A DNA stretch of 64,000 nucleotides, taken from an uncultured Gammaproteobacteria bacterium (GTDB taxonomy: Bacteria; Patescibacteriota; Microgenomatia; Levybacterales; GWA1-39-11). This document shows positions 8,084 through 17,682 of this stretch, piece after piece. The stretch is from positions 3,269-67,268 of the forward strand of contig CAYYLC010000001.1 in assembly GCA_964472415.1 (NCBI GenBank), written 5' to 3'. The position numbers and the translations under genes were made by a program. The notes beneath the pieces are model-generated. The model did not search any database. It was not told where the DNA came from and saw only the letters and a list, made by a program, of their open reading frames with translations. Within the stretch, counting starts at the first letter, position 1. Each line of letters starts with the position of its first letter.

Positions 8084-9865
8084 ATGAATATTAATGCACT
8101 GAGAAGTACTTCAGTAAAAATAGTTGTTATTGGAAATCATCCAGCAATTATTCAGTCGATTCTCGACTATGACTATCTGTCTGGAAAAGATACTCCAAGT
8201 ATTCTTGCGGTGGTTTCAGGTGGGCGAAACTTTCAACGTTTTTTCTTTGGAAATAAGGAGATCTTAGTTCCGGTTTTTGATTCAATACAAAGCATCCCAA
8301 AAAATGTATGCAAGGAGATTACAATGTTTGTAAATGCAGGTTCTGGCAGACGAGTCCTAGTTTCTTCTGTTGAGGTAATTGATAGTTTTCCAAATCTGCA
8401 AATTGGGACAATATTTGCAGAGGGCGTCCCCGAAAAACATGTACTCGATTTGGGAGTATATGCAAAGCTAAAAAATATTGCCCTTATAGGTCCGGCAAGT
8501 GTCGGTATGGTTTTGCCAGGAGTATTTAAGCTGGGTGCAATTGGTGGGGTAAATAGTAAGCAAATTCAAACGTCTGGTATATTGCAGCGAGGTGGTGTGG
8601 CAGTGCTTTCAGCATCAGGGGGCATGGTGAATGAGGTAATAAATATCGTAGGAGCAAGTCATAATGCGCTTTCATTTGCATTATCTTTTGGAGGAGATAG
8701 ATTTCCATTACTTGAGCCGGTTGATGCCGTAAGATCTGCAGAATTAGATTCACAAACACAGGCAGTTGTTTATTATGGTGAGCTGGGTGGAGAAGACGAA
8801 TATAAAATTGCCGAACTCCTTAATCAGAATGAATTTAAAAAACAGATGATCTGCTATATTGCAGGCACTGTTTCTGATTTATTCGATACGCCTCCGCAGT
8901 TTGGTCATGCAAAGGCGATGGCAGAGAAAAATGAGGAATCAGCTCATGCAAAAAGACGTGTTCTTCGGGAAGCAGGTGCAATAGTTCCTGAGAGTTTTAC
9001 AGAATTTGTGCAGGAAATTCATAAATTGAAGAATTTTGGAACACGAGAGGTAAGTGATACAATAGAAATTGTGGAGGAAAGACATCATAGATTGATTGCT
9101 TCAAGTATTTCAAAAGACGAACAAGGGGAGATAAAAATTTTAGGCGAAGACTTAGTGCCTTTTGCAAAAGAGAATTCATTTTCGAAAATTGCCATATCAC
9201 TTTTTCTGGGGAAAAAGATTCAATCTTCTGATACTGAAGAATTAGTAGACTTTATTTTACGAATTTCTGTAGAGCATGGTCCCTATGTTTCAGGTGCTCT
9301 TAATACGATTATTACTGCTCGTGCAGGGAGAGATCTAGTTTCATCGCTTGCGAGCGGGCTTTTAACTATTGGTCCACGATTTGGTGGCGCTATAAATCAA
9401 GCAGCAGCCTCGTGGTTTGAGGGAGTAATGAATAAAAAAGATGCACATGATTTTGTAGAAGAATTTGCAGTACGTCGTGAATATATCCAAGGAATTGGGC
9501 ATAAAAAATACCGAATTGACATGCCGGATCCACGAGTTGTAGACTTAAAAAGATTTGCAGATAGGTTAGAGAAGAAGCGATTTATTACGTTTGCTCAGGC
9601 AGTAGAAAAGAAAACATCTGAGAAAAAAGGGAATTTGATTTTAAATGTTGATGGAACAATCGGGGCAATATTACTTGATTATCTTTCTGAAAAAGAAGGA
9701 TATACAGATGTTGATTTGAAAAGGCTTATTGATGCAGAGTTTTTTAATGCGCTATTTGTATTATCCAGAAGTGTTGGATTTATAGCACACTTCCTCGATC
9801 AAAAACGACTTGATGAAGGACTTCTCAGATTGACAGAAAATGATGTAGCCGATGCAAGTATATAA
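8084..9865 (+). CDS. aclA: ATP-citrate lyase large subunit (CoA-binding SCS-alpha-like plus citryl-CoA lyase/citrate-synthase-like domain)
   Basis: 593 aa. It carries the phospho-His loop QFGHAKA (ACLY has QFGHAGA), HGPYVSGALNTIITARAGRDLVSSLASGLLTIGPRFGG (ACLY: [38 protein letters not shown]), NLILNVDG, and FVLSRSVGFIAHFLDQKRL. Confidence 0.8.
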   Translation: MNINALRSTSVKIVVIGNHPAIIQSILDYDYLSGKDTPSILAVVSGGRNFQRFFFGNKEILVPVFDSIQSIPKNVCKEITMFVNAGSGRRVLVSSVEVIDSFPNLQIGTIFAEGVPEKHVLDLGVYAKLKNIALIGPASVGMVLPGVFKLGAIGGVNSKQIQTSGILQRGGVAVLSASGGMVNEVINIVGASHNALSFALSFGGDRFPLLEPVDAVRSAELDSQTQAVVYYGELGGEDEYKIAELLNQNEFKKQMICYIAGTVSDLFDTPPQFGHAKAMAEKNEESAHAKRRVLREAGAIVPESFTEFVQEIHKLKNFGTREVSDTIEIVEERHHRLIASSISKDEQGEIKILGEDLVPFAKENSFSKIAISLFLGKKIQSSDTEELVDFILRISVEHGPYVSGALNTIITARAGRDLVSSLASGLLTIGPRFGGAINQAAASWFEGVMNKKDAHDFVEEFAVRREYIQGIGHKKYRIDMPDPRVVDLKRFADRLEKKRFITFAQAVEKKTSEKKGNLILNVDGTIGAILLDYLSEKEGYTDVDLKRLIDAEFFNALFVLSRSVGFIAHFLDQKRLDEGLLRLTENDVADASI

Positions 9866-10820
9866 GAACGTTCCTCTCTCAACAATTTTATGGTACGAAA
9901 TAGGTGGAGTTGCCGAGACAGTAATTGATATTTCGTCTACACAAGATCTTCACGAAGCACTCCAGTATATTCAAGATCACAACATAACCAACGTTTTTTC
10001 CATAGGCTTTGGGAGCAATATACTTTTTCCTGATACCATTTTTAATGGTGTGATATTGCGATTTCAGATTCAAGAAGATGGAGAGGGAGTGCGAAGAATT
10101 TCAGAAGACACAGTAGAAGCATTCGCTGGAGAGATGTTTGATAGTGTTATTCAATTTGGATTTGATAATTCTTTAATAGGTTTGGAATGGGCAGGAGGAC
10201 TGCCGGGGACAGTGGGGGCTGCGGTGAGAGGAAATGTTGGCGCTTTTGGTGGAGAGGTCCAAGATGTATTTTTCAAAGCACATTGCATAAAGATTCTTGA
10301 CCATGGTGGATATGAAGAATTGATATTGACCCGAGATGAAATGGAGTTTGCGTATAGGACGAGTAAAGTAAAAAAGGAAAAATTAATTGTAGTTTCTAGT
10401 CAATTTAAATTAAAAATCGCCACTCCTGAAGAACTTCTGAATGCGCGGGAGGCATATTATCAGAATATAATCTATCGTCAGGAAAGACACCCTCTTGATT
10501 ATCCAAATTGTGGAAGTGTATTTAAGAATATTTCAAATACTGTTGAAGTTGAGAAAGTAAAAAAAACATGGCCTAATACAAAAGAGCTTATTGAAACAAA
10601 ATGGCATGGAAAGGTTAGTATGGGGTATTTGATAGAAAGATTAGGATTGAAAGGTTTTCAGGTTGGGAAAGCACAAGTCTCAGAGAAGCACCAGAATTTT
10701 ATCGTAAATTTGGGTGGTGCAAAATCTCAAGATGTACGAAAAATTATTACAACTATTGAGAATGCTGTACAGAAAGAATTTGGATTTACTCCAGAAGTGG
10801 AGATAGAGATAATCGAATAA
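9852..10820 (+). CDS. murB: UDP-N-acetylenolpyruvoylglucosamine reductase
   Basis: 322 aa with an FAD-binding PCMH domain and the MurB C-terminal motifs (AYRTS, NCGSVFKN). The start overlaps the end of aclA by 14 nt. Confidence 0.85.
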   Translation: MQVYKNVPLSTILWYEIGGVAETVIDISSTQDLHEALQYIQDHNITNVFSIGFGSNILFPDTIFNGVILRFQIQEDGEGVRRISEDTVEAFAGEMFDSVIQFGFDNSLIGLEWAGGLPGTVGAAVRGNVGAFGGEVQDVFFKAHCIKILDHGGYEELILTRDEMEFAYRTSKVKKEKLIVVSSQFKLKIATPEELLNAREAYYQNIIYRQERHPLDYPNCGSVFKNISNTVEVEKVKKTWPNTKELIETKWHGKVSMGYLIERLGLKGFQVGKAQVSEKHQNFIVNLGGAKSQDVRKIITTIENAVQKEFGFTPEVEIEIIE

Positions 10821-10956
10821 AATTAGAGGTTCTGGATAGGAGTTTTTTTTTAAAATTGCTATATTTAGTTTAATACCAAAAAAATCTATTGATTTCCCCG
10901 GCATGCAAAAAAATATTAATTTAGTAATCAAGAGAGAAGGTTAAGTTTTATTATTC

Positions 10957-11565
10957 CTATTTCGGCTCATTGTTTAAACTTTTCCATAGCACCATAGAGG
11001 CAAAAGTTCTATAGGGTTTCCATTTTTCTGAAATTTCTAGAAGCTCTTTCTTTGTGGGTTCTTCAAGTCCATATAATTTTTTAATTGCATTTCGTAGACC
11101 TAAGTCCTGTACAGAGAATATATCGGGTCTACCGAGTGAAAACATTAAAAACATCTCTGCGCTCCAATTTCCAATACCCTTAATAATAGTTAGATTTTTG
11201 ATAACAGTTTCATTATCATCCTTGTGGAGCGTTTCAAGAATTAGTTTTTTCTCGATTACTTTCTCTGCAAGGTCTTGTATATATCCTATTTTTGGATAAG
11301 AAATTCCACACATTCTTAGTTTTTCTGTATCCATGTGTAGTACTTTTTCAGGAGTTATATTATTCTCAAAAAGATTTTGGAATCGCGTAAAAATAGTTTG
11401 CGCAGCCTTAACTGAAAGTTGTTGTCCTACAATTGAACGACAAAGGCGAGTGAAGTGTTCTGAAGAGGGGAGCATCGGAGTAAATGGTCCAATACTTATA
11501 GCAAGTTTATAAAGGAGTGAATCTGTTTTCTTAAAATGTTCGAGTGCTTTTTCGTACATGTGCAT
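10957..11565 (-). CDS. HhH-GPD family DNA glycosylase (AlkA / 3-methyladenine glycosylase II-like)
   Basis: HhH-GPD motif (IKGIGNWSAEMFLMFSLGRPDIFSVQDLGL). The track ORF 10957..11790 was trimmed to the internal Met (MHMYEK...) because the upstream extension overlaps the promoter and start of the divergent gene at 11603. Confidence 0.65.
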   Translation of the reverse strand: MHMYEKALEHFKKTDSLLYKLAISIGPFTPMLPSSEHFTRLCRSIVGQQLSVKAAQTIFTRFQNLFENNITPEKVLHMDTEKLRMCGISYPKIGYIQDLAEKVIEKKLILETLHKDDNETVIKNLTIIKGIGNWSAEMFLMFSLGRPDIFSVQDLGLRNAIKKLYGLEEPTKKELLEISEKWKPYRTFASMVLWKSLNNEPK

Positions 11566-11602
11566 ATTATACTCATGATTTTTGTTATAATGACAGAATA
11601 AA

Positions 11603-12391
11603 ATGGCAAAACCAAAGATAGCATTTTCCGTGGCAGATATCCCTTTAGGAATTGCGCTAGAAGAGTATTTTTTACTCGCGAGCCATTTGAAAGTTGATGG
11701 TATAGAGCTTGTGATAGGATGGAAGACGCGCTGGGCGATGAAAAAAATTTCCCGACTTTCCAAGCGGTATGATGTCCCGATTCTTTCCATTCATCAGCCA
11801 CCCTGGGCACTTGCTGGATTTATTAAAGATGAAGGCAGCTTTAAGTTTGCTCAAAGATATAACGCAAAATTTGTTGCACATCCTCTGGTGGTGCAGCATA
11901 TTAATTCCCCTCAGTCTCAAAAATATTATCGATGGTTGAGAGATATGGGGAAAAAATACAACCTCGAGATTTTAATTGAGAATATGACAAACATTTATCA
12001 ATTACTCCCACTCCTTCACTATGTCTCGAAAAAGCACCATGATACTGCAACGGAACTTCCCCGGTTTGAGAAGATTTGTAAAAAATATAATTTCGGATTT
12101 ACGCTTGATATCGCACATCTTATGCAGTCAAATCCCCAAAATGCTCCAGGATTTAAAGAAATACTTCCGTATCTAAAAAATATTCATTTGAGCGACTACA
12201 CTGCGAAGAAAGAGCATATGGGTATTGGTAATGGAGACTTGAATTATGAAGGATTCCTTTCGTACCTTGTTGAAGAAAAATATGAAGGGATTGTAAATCT
12301 TGAATTGTGCCCTAGGATTTTGAATGCGCGGGAGAAGTATTATAAGGATATTACTGAATCAGTAAAACTCGTAAGGAAGTTTATTAAATAA
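11603..12391 (+). CDS. sugar phosphate isomerase/epimerase (xylose isomerase-like TIM barrel, AP endonuclease 2 superfamily)
   Basis: 262 aa with HxxE/ENM/D...H/E metal-ligand spacing typical of the family (IENMTN, LDIAHL, NLEL). TGtTATAAT at 11583-11591 lies 12 nt before the ATG. Confidence 0.5.
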   Translation: MAKPKIAFSVADIPLGIALEEYFLLASHLKVDGIELVIGWKTRWAMKKISRLSKRYDVPILSIHQPPWALAGFIKDEGSFKFAQRYNAKFVAHPLVVQHINSPQSQKYYRWLRDMGKKYNLEILIENMTNIYQLLPLLHYVSKKHHDTATELPRFEKICKKYNFGFTLDIAHLMQSNPQNAPGFKEILPYLKNIHLSDYTAKKEHMGIGNGDLNYEGFLSYLVEEKYEGIVNLELCPRILNAREKYYKDITESVKLVRKFIK

Positions 12392-12950
12392 CGCCTTCAA
12401 CTTTTTGATATTTTTCCTTGACATCTTTCCGGTAGTTCTGGAGTAGTCTTTTTATTTTTGGATCAATGACTGCAGTACAATACGGATAATTTCTATTCAG
12501 TTCATAATAATTTTTGTGATAGTTTTCTGCTGGAAAAAATTCTGCGAACTGTTCGATTACAGTTACAGCATCTTTTTTATAAGGATTATGAGTATTAAAT
12601 CTTTGCTTTTCTTGGAGCGCGATTTCTTTTTGTTGCTCATTATGATAGAAAATTGCTGAACGGTATTGAGTTCCAATATCGGCGCCTTGCTGATTAAGTG
12701 TAGTAGGATTGTGGGTGTGAAAAAAAATCTTCACAAGTTTTTCAAAGGAGATAATTTTTGGATCAAAAGTTATCTGAATTGCTTCTGCATGATTTGTATT
12801 TCCCAAGGACACTGTATCATAGGTCGGATTTTTTGTTTCTCCGCCAGTATATCCTGATTCTACTTTTTCTACTCCTCTGAGCCTCTGAAAAACTGCTTCC
12901 GTACACCAGAAGCATCCTCCTGCAAATGTTGCGATTATATTTTGTTGCAT
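12384..12950 (-). CDS. msrA: peptide methionine sulfoxide reductase A
   Basis: Catalytic GCFWC motif at the N-terminus and an MsrA fold of 188 aa. Confidence 0.9.
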   Translation of the reverse strand: MQQNIIATFAGGCFWCTEAVFQRLRGVEKVESGYTGGETKNPTYDTVSLGNTNHAEAIQITFDPKIISFEKLVKIFFHTHNPTTLNQQGADIGTQYRSAIFYHNEQQKEIALQEKQRFNTHNPYKKDAVTVIEQFAEFFPAENYHKNYYELNRNYPYCTAVIDPKIKRLLQNYRKDVKEKYQKVEGVI

Positions 12951-13020
12951 ATATCTGCGTATTGTATCAGAACGTAGGTAAAAAACTTGTAATAATGCTC
13001 TCGACTTATATAATGGCTGT

Positions 13021-14076
13021 ATGAGAAAACTGTTCTTAATCTTACTTCCGTTTTTGGGAATAGCCTGTTTTTTTGTTGTGTATGTTTTGTTTTCAAATGA
13101 CAGTAAAATTATTAACCCTTTGGTTCAGGAAGTAGAGGAGCTTACTTTGCCACTCAAAAAATATTCGTTTGAGAATCTTTCTCTCACTGAATTTGTGGGA
13201 TCGGAAATTGAAATTGGGGAACAAATAGAAGACGAGATTGAAGAGATTGATTTATATACGTTTTATTTTTATGCGCAAGATCCAGAAAATTCTCAAAAAC
13301 TGAGTAGGGTGAGTGGGCTTCTGACAATCCCAAGCGAGCCGGGAAATTATCCACTTTTATTGCAATTCCGTGGATATGTAGATAGGGAAATTTATGGAAC
13401 TGGCGTGGGGACAAGGCCTACTGCGGAGGAGTTTGCAAAGAGTGGATTTATAACACTCGCACCGGATTTTTTAGGGTATGGAGAGTCTCAAAATCCCTCT
13501 ACGGATTCCTTGGAAGAGAGATTTCAAACATATTCAACAGCATTATCACTGTTTGCATCAGTAAAAAATTTGAATAATGCGTTTCAGGAAAAGGGGATTG
13601 ATATTTCTATAGATAGTGAGAAATTAGGAATATGGGGACATAGTAATGGTGGTCATATCGCATTATCAACTCTTATTATAGCAAGGAAAAACATTCCTAC
13701 GGTTCTGTGGGCGCCTGTTAGTAAGCCGTTTCCATATTCAATTTTATACTTTACTGATGAATATGCAGATGAAGGTAAATCACTTCGAAAGGTTATGAGT
13801 AATTTTGAACAGAACTATGACGTGTTCGAATTTTCTCCCGCTCGTTATTATAGTCGTATTATAGCGCCCCTTCAAATTCATCAAGGAGGACTTGATGATG
13901 CAGTGCCAGTTGAATGGTCAAATGAATTTGTGCAAAAACTTGAAGAGTTAGAAATAGAACATGAATATTTCATATATCCAGGAGCAGATCATAATATGCG
14001 ACCTGCATGGGATACTGCAGTTGCAAGAAGTATAGGGTTTTATAAAGAAAAAATTGGATTTGATGATGAGCTATGA
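13021..14076 (+). CDS. membrane-anchored alpha/beta hydrolase (S9 / dienelactone hydrolase-like)
   Basis: N-terminal TM helix and nucleophile elbow GHSNGG. Promoter TTGTAA-16-TATAAT with the -10 ending 6 nt before the ATG. Confidence 0.55.
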   Translation: MRKLFLILLPFLGIACFFVVYVLFSNDSKIINPLVQEVEELTLPLKKYSFENLSLTEFVGSEIEIGEQIEDEIEEIDLYTFYFYAQDPENSQKLSRVSGLLTIPSEPGNYPLLLQFRGYVDREIYGTGVGTRPTAEEFAKSGFITLAPDFLGYGESQNPSTDSLEERFQTYSTALSLFASVKNLNNAFQEKGIDISIDSEKLGIWGHSNGGHIALSTLIIARKNIPTVLWAPVSKPFPYSILYFTDEYADEGKSLRKVMSNFEQNYDVFEFSPARYYSRIIAPLQIHQGGLDDAVPVEWSNEFVQKLEELEIEHEYFIYPGADHNMRPAWDTAVARSIGFYKEKIGFDDEL

Positions 14077-14134
14077 TAGTTTAGTTTTATTCAGTATGAT
14101 AAGGTAATTTTTGTTCAGCAAATGTTTGTGGTAT

Positions 14135-15901
14135 TTAATAAATATCGAATTGTTCTAGGAGCTTCTTGTCTCCCTCAATCTGATAATTAAGAAGTTCTGA
14201 GTAGACACCTTTTTTCTTCGAGAGTTCTTTTGGTTTGCCATAGTCAACAATTTTTCCTCCATCAATTACGATAATCTTATCTACATTCTGAAGGGTTGAG
14301 AATCTATGGGCGATAATGATAACGAGCTTATCTTTCATTAAATTTTCGAGTGCATCTTGCACCTCCTTTTCACTCTTTGCATCAAGTGAAGAAGTAGCCT
14401 CATCTAAAATAAGAATTGGTGCGTTTTTCAAAATTGCTCTGGCAATCTGAATCCGTTGTTTTTGGCCGCCTGAGAGTTTGACGCCCCGTTCTCCGATTTC
14501 ACTCTCAAGCTGTTTTGGTAATTGTTCAACGAACCCCCACGCGTTTGCTTTTTTGAGAGCCTCAATAATCTCTTTATCTGTTGCTTTCGTGCCATAGGCA
14601 ACGTTTTCCTTTATTGTCGAGGAGAAGAGTTCATTTTCCTGAAAAACAAGTGCAATATTGTGGCGAATAAAAAGCGTATCAAGTGCGCTATACGGTTTGT
14701 TGTTGAGATAAATATTTCCTGATGTAGGTTCGTATAATCTCAGAATAAGGTTTATGATCGTGGACTTTCCTGCACCGCTATGTCCGACAAGTGCTATAGA
14801 TTCATTACTACCGACTGTGAAAGAAATATTATTAAGAACGTTTTCAGATGTATCATATTTGAATGATACATCTGAAAATTTAATGGTTGGGCTTTTAATT
14901 TTATTGTATTTTTTATTGGATTTATATCCATCATTTCCAGGAAGTGCAAGAATTTCGAAAAATTCTTTACTTCCGCTTTCAGCAGTGTGAATTCTTGACA
15001 AAATAAAAGACATTGCGAAAAGAGGTCGTCGTGCTTGATTTACGAGCTGGAGGATGAGAACCATTTCACCAATAGAAAGTGTTCCTCGAAATGCATTCAT
15101 GAATACAATAATATTTACAATCAAAAGTATGATATTGAGCGATAGTCCTCGTATGAAATCATAAATATGGAATGCTTTGCTTTGTCGAGCGTATATTTTA
15201 TTGCTTTCCGTAAGATGTTTTGAGGCAGTTTTGTATTCGTGTGATTGTTGACTGAATCCTTTTACGAGTCGTATATTCCCGATTACTTCCTGAATTCTCC
15301 CTCGATATTTGTCTTCTATTTGGTTTTTGAGAATTTCTTCTTCGCCCCATTTTTTTGCTGAATAATAGGATATGACGCCGTAGATTGGAAATAGCACAAA
15401 GATTGCGATCGCGATTGGGATATTGTAGTAGGCTAGAATGACAATGGTAAAGATGCTTTGTAGAAACATTGGGATAAGAAAATTGGTTGAAGTGTTGATG
15501 AAGTTTTCGATCGATTGGATTCCACGATTGAGCTGATTTAATATTCGTCCAGAAATTTCTGAGTCATAATAACTTTGTGGGAGTGCAAGTGCTTTATCGT
15601 AAAACTTTTCTGTCAAAAATCGTCTTAATTCTCCAGCAAAATGATCTCCGAGACGTTCTGTGATAACAGTTAGGATGAGTCCTGTGATACTTACGATAAA
15701 TGTCAATCCAATAAGTCCAATGAGGATATTGATGTTCCCTGTATTTCCTGAAATCTGATTTACGATTTCATCTACTATAAATTTCGAAAAAATAGGCGTA
15801 GCAAGATCGAGAAGTGCGGTAAATACGATTAAGACCGCAATAATACCGGCGATTTTATGGAGTGGTTTTGAGATAAGGATAATCTTCCAGATATTTTTCA
15901 T
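14135..15901 (-). CDS. ABC transporter, fused permease/ATP-binding (MsbA-like exporter)
   Basis: Six-TM N-terminal domain, Walker A GHSGAGKST, signature LSGGQKQR, Walker B ILILDEATS. Confidence 0.85.
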   Translation of the reverse strand: MKNIWKIILISKPLHKIAGIIAVLIVFTALLDLATPIFSKFIVDEIVNQISGNTGNINILIGLIGLTFIVSITGLILTVITERLGDHFAGELRRFLTEKFYDKALALPQSYYDSEISGRILNQLNRGIQSIENFINTSTNFLIPMFLQSIFTIVILAYYNIPIAIAIFVLFPIYGVISYYSAKKWGEEEILKNQIEDKYRGRIQEVIGNIRLVKGFSQQSHEYKTASKHLTESNKIYARQSKAFHIYDFIRGLSLNIILLIVNIIVFMNAFRGTLSIGEMVLILQLVNQARRPLFAMSFILSRIHTAESGSKEFFEILALPGNDGYKSNKKYNKIKSPTIKFSDVSFKYDTSENVLNNISFTVGSNESIALVGHSGAGKSTIINLILRLYEPTSGNIYLNNKPYSALDTLFIRHNIALVFQENELFSSTIKENVAYGTKATDKEIIEALKKANAWGFVEQLPKQLESEIGERGVKLSGGQKQRIQIARAILKNAPILILDEATSSLDAKSEKEVQDALENLMKDKLVIIIAHRFSTLQNVDKIIVIDGGKIVDYGKPKELSKKKGVYSELLNYQIEGDKKLLEQFDIY

Positions 15902-15947
15902 GATTGCTTATTGTATCACGAAACGATTCTTTGAGGTAGGGAAGGGA

Positions 15948-16502
15948 TTATTCAGCGCCAATTATGATAACTGCATCATCAAGCCCATCATAGTCGGCAT
16001 TTGTTTCACCAATACTGTATTCATCTGAAAGGTCATCTTCAAGCATTTTAAGCAGTGCATTATTTCCGGATGCTACGTGAATTTCCGTTTCCTCGTATTC
16101 AAAATTATCTGCATTTTCTGTTCCACCGATTTTATATCCCAAATCTCCTAATATATCAGCAAGTCTTCCCGCAACACCTGCGGTCCCGCTTCCATTTTTG
16201 ATAAGAATCGTATAGTCTTCCCGATCGAGTTTAGGGTTTTCTGTTTCTTCTGTATCTTCCTCAGAATCTCTTGGGCTGGGAGTAGGGGTATCAGTGGGTG
16301 CTTGAGTGATTGCGGGAGTTGCAAATAAATCTTCGTCTTGTGCTGCATCATCTCCTGAGAATGCGAAGCTTGCTATGATGATTACGAGGAGAACAATGAT
16401 AGCACCACCGATAATTGCAAACATTTTCTTTCTGTTTTTTTTATTACCGTGAGATTCATAGACGTAAGATCTGCGTGAATGGATTTGGGGTTGTTCTTCC
16501 AT
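15948..16502 (-). CDS. LytR_C domain membrane protein (cell-envelope-related)
   Basis: N-terminal TM helix, an acidic Pro/Thr linker, and a C-terminal LytR_C-like segment (ILIKNGSGTAGVAGRLADIL...). Confidence 0.45.
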   Translation of the reverse strand: MEEQPQIHSRRSYVYESHGNKKNRKKMFAIIGGAIIVLLVIIIASFAFSGDDAAQDEDLFATPAITQAPTDTPTPSPRDSEEDTEETENPKLDREDYTILIKNGSGTAGVAGRLADILGDLGYKIGGTENADNFEYEETEIHVASGNNALLKMLEDDLSDEYSIGETNADYDGLDDAVIIIGAE

Positions 16503-16581
16503 AACTTTCTACACTTCATGATAGCACTTTTTCCAATAATTTCAAGTTAAAATGAAGTTATTGGAATTTGTATAATAGAGT

Positions 16582-17637
16582 ATGAAGAAAACAATTTTTC
16601 TTATAATTGCGCTTATTTCATTTAGCACTTTTTTATATTTGAGAAATTCTGATACGGAAATTATTCCTCCCCTTCCAAAAGATTCCCAAAAGGATTACGA
16701 AATTCAAGATTATGAACGGTTTGTCTTTGTTCCGTACTGGACGGTTTCCGAAAAACTGGATATAGAAGAATACGATAGTATTATTTATTTTGGGGTAACT
16801 TTTGACGAGAATGGGCTTAAGACCTCAGAAGATGGATATAAAATGTTAAGCACATTTTTGGGTGGAGTCTCGGAAGAAAAGAAAATATATCTTACCGTAA
16901 GAATGTTATCTGATGAATTGAATAAGAAAATTCTTAGTGATGGAGATTTACAAAATAAAGTAGGTAGTGCGATTGCACGAGTAGCTCAAGAACATGGATT
17001 TGATGGAGTAGTAGTAGATTATGAGACGTCAGCATTAGGGTTTATGTCTATTGAAGAGAAGATTACTAATATGTATGAAGTTTTGCAAGGACATGTGAAA
17101 GGAGAAGGGTTAGAGTTCTTTGTGACGGTATTTGGGGATACATTTTATCGCGGACGGCCATATGATATTTCCAAAGTTGCAAATCTTTCTGATGGAGTAA
17201 TTATTATGGCGTATGACTTTCATAAAGCTAGATTTAATCCTGGTCCAAACTTCCCGTTATCTGGGAAAGAAATCTATGGATATGATTTAAAGTCTATGAT
17301 AGAGGATTTCAGAAAAGACATGGAGCAGGAAAAAATTATTGTGACGCTGGGATATTTTGGATATGATTGGGCGCTTGATGAAAATGGAGTGAATATGGGA
17401 ATTGCAAAATCTTTGAGTACGAATCAAGGCATTTCTCGGTATATGAATAATTGTCTGCTTGATGATTGCGAGATAGAAAAGAATTTAGATAATGAAATCT
17501 CAGTGCAGTATAAGGATGAAGAAAGAGTTCAGCACGAAGTTTGGTTTGAGACAGAGGAGTCTGTGAATAAAAAAATAGAATTCTTACACGAATTGGGGAT
17601 TAATCGCATAGCTTTTTGGGCATATTCATATTTTTAG
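16582..17637 (+). CDS. glycoside hydrolase family 18-like protein
   Basis: N-terminal TM or signal sequence and the GH18 catalytic motif FDGVVVDYE (DxxDxDxE). TATAAT at 16571-16576 lies 5 nt before the ATG. Confidence 0.5.
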   Translation: MKKTIFLIIALISFSTFLYLRNSDTEIIPPLPKDSQKDYEIQDYERFVFVPYWTVSEKLDIEEYDSIIYFGVTFDENGLKTSEDGYKMLSTFLGGVSEEKKIYLTVRMLSDELNKKILSDGDLQNKVGSAIARVAQEHGFDGVVVDYETSALGFMSIEEKITNMYEVLQGHVKGEGLEFFVTVFGDTFYRGRPYDISKVANLSDGVIIMAYDFHKARFNPGPNFPLSGKEIYGYDLKSMIEDFRKDMEQEKIIVTLGYFGYDWALDENGVNMGIAKSLSTNQGISRYMNNCLLDDCEIEKNLDNEISVQYKDEERVQHEVWFETEESVNKKIEFLHELGINRIAFWAYSYF

Positions 17638-17682
17638 AATGTGGGGCGAAATAATATTCCGCCCCAAAAGTTCCGAGAGAAG

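Noticed and set aside
10957-11790. Full-length 277-aa reading of the glycosylase ORF overlapping the start of the divergent gene at 11603
   Set aside because: The overlap would cover 188 nt of the opposite-strand gene and its -10 box. The HhH-GPD domain begins after the internal Met at 11565, which gives a typical roughly 200-aa glycosylase.
11496-11920. Minus-strand ORFs 11496..11810 and 11672..11920
   Set aside because: They are antisense to the isomerase gene, and have no SD and no recognisable motifs.
17647-17672. Hairpin GGGGCG...CGCCCC between the convergent GH18 and GH genes as a bidirectional terminator
   Set aside because: It is a stable 6-bp stem with an 11-nt loop, but neither strand has a flanking U-run. 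It was noted only as a possible RNA structure and not listed as a terminator.
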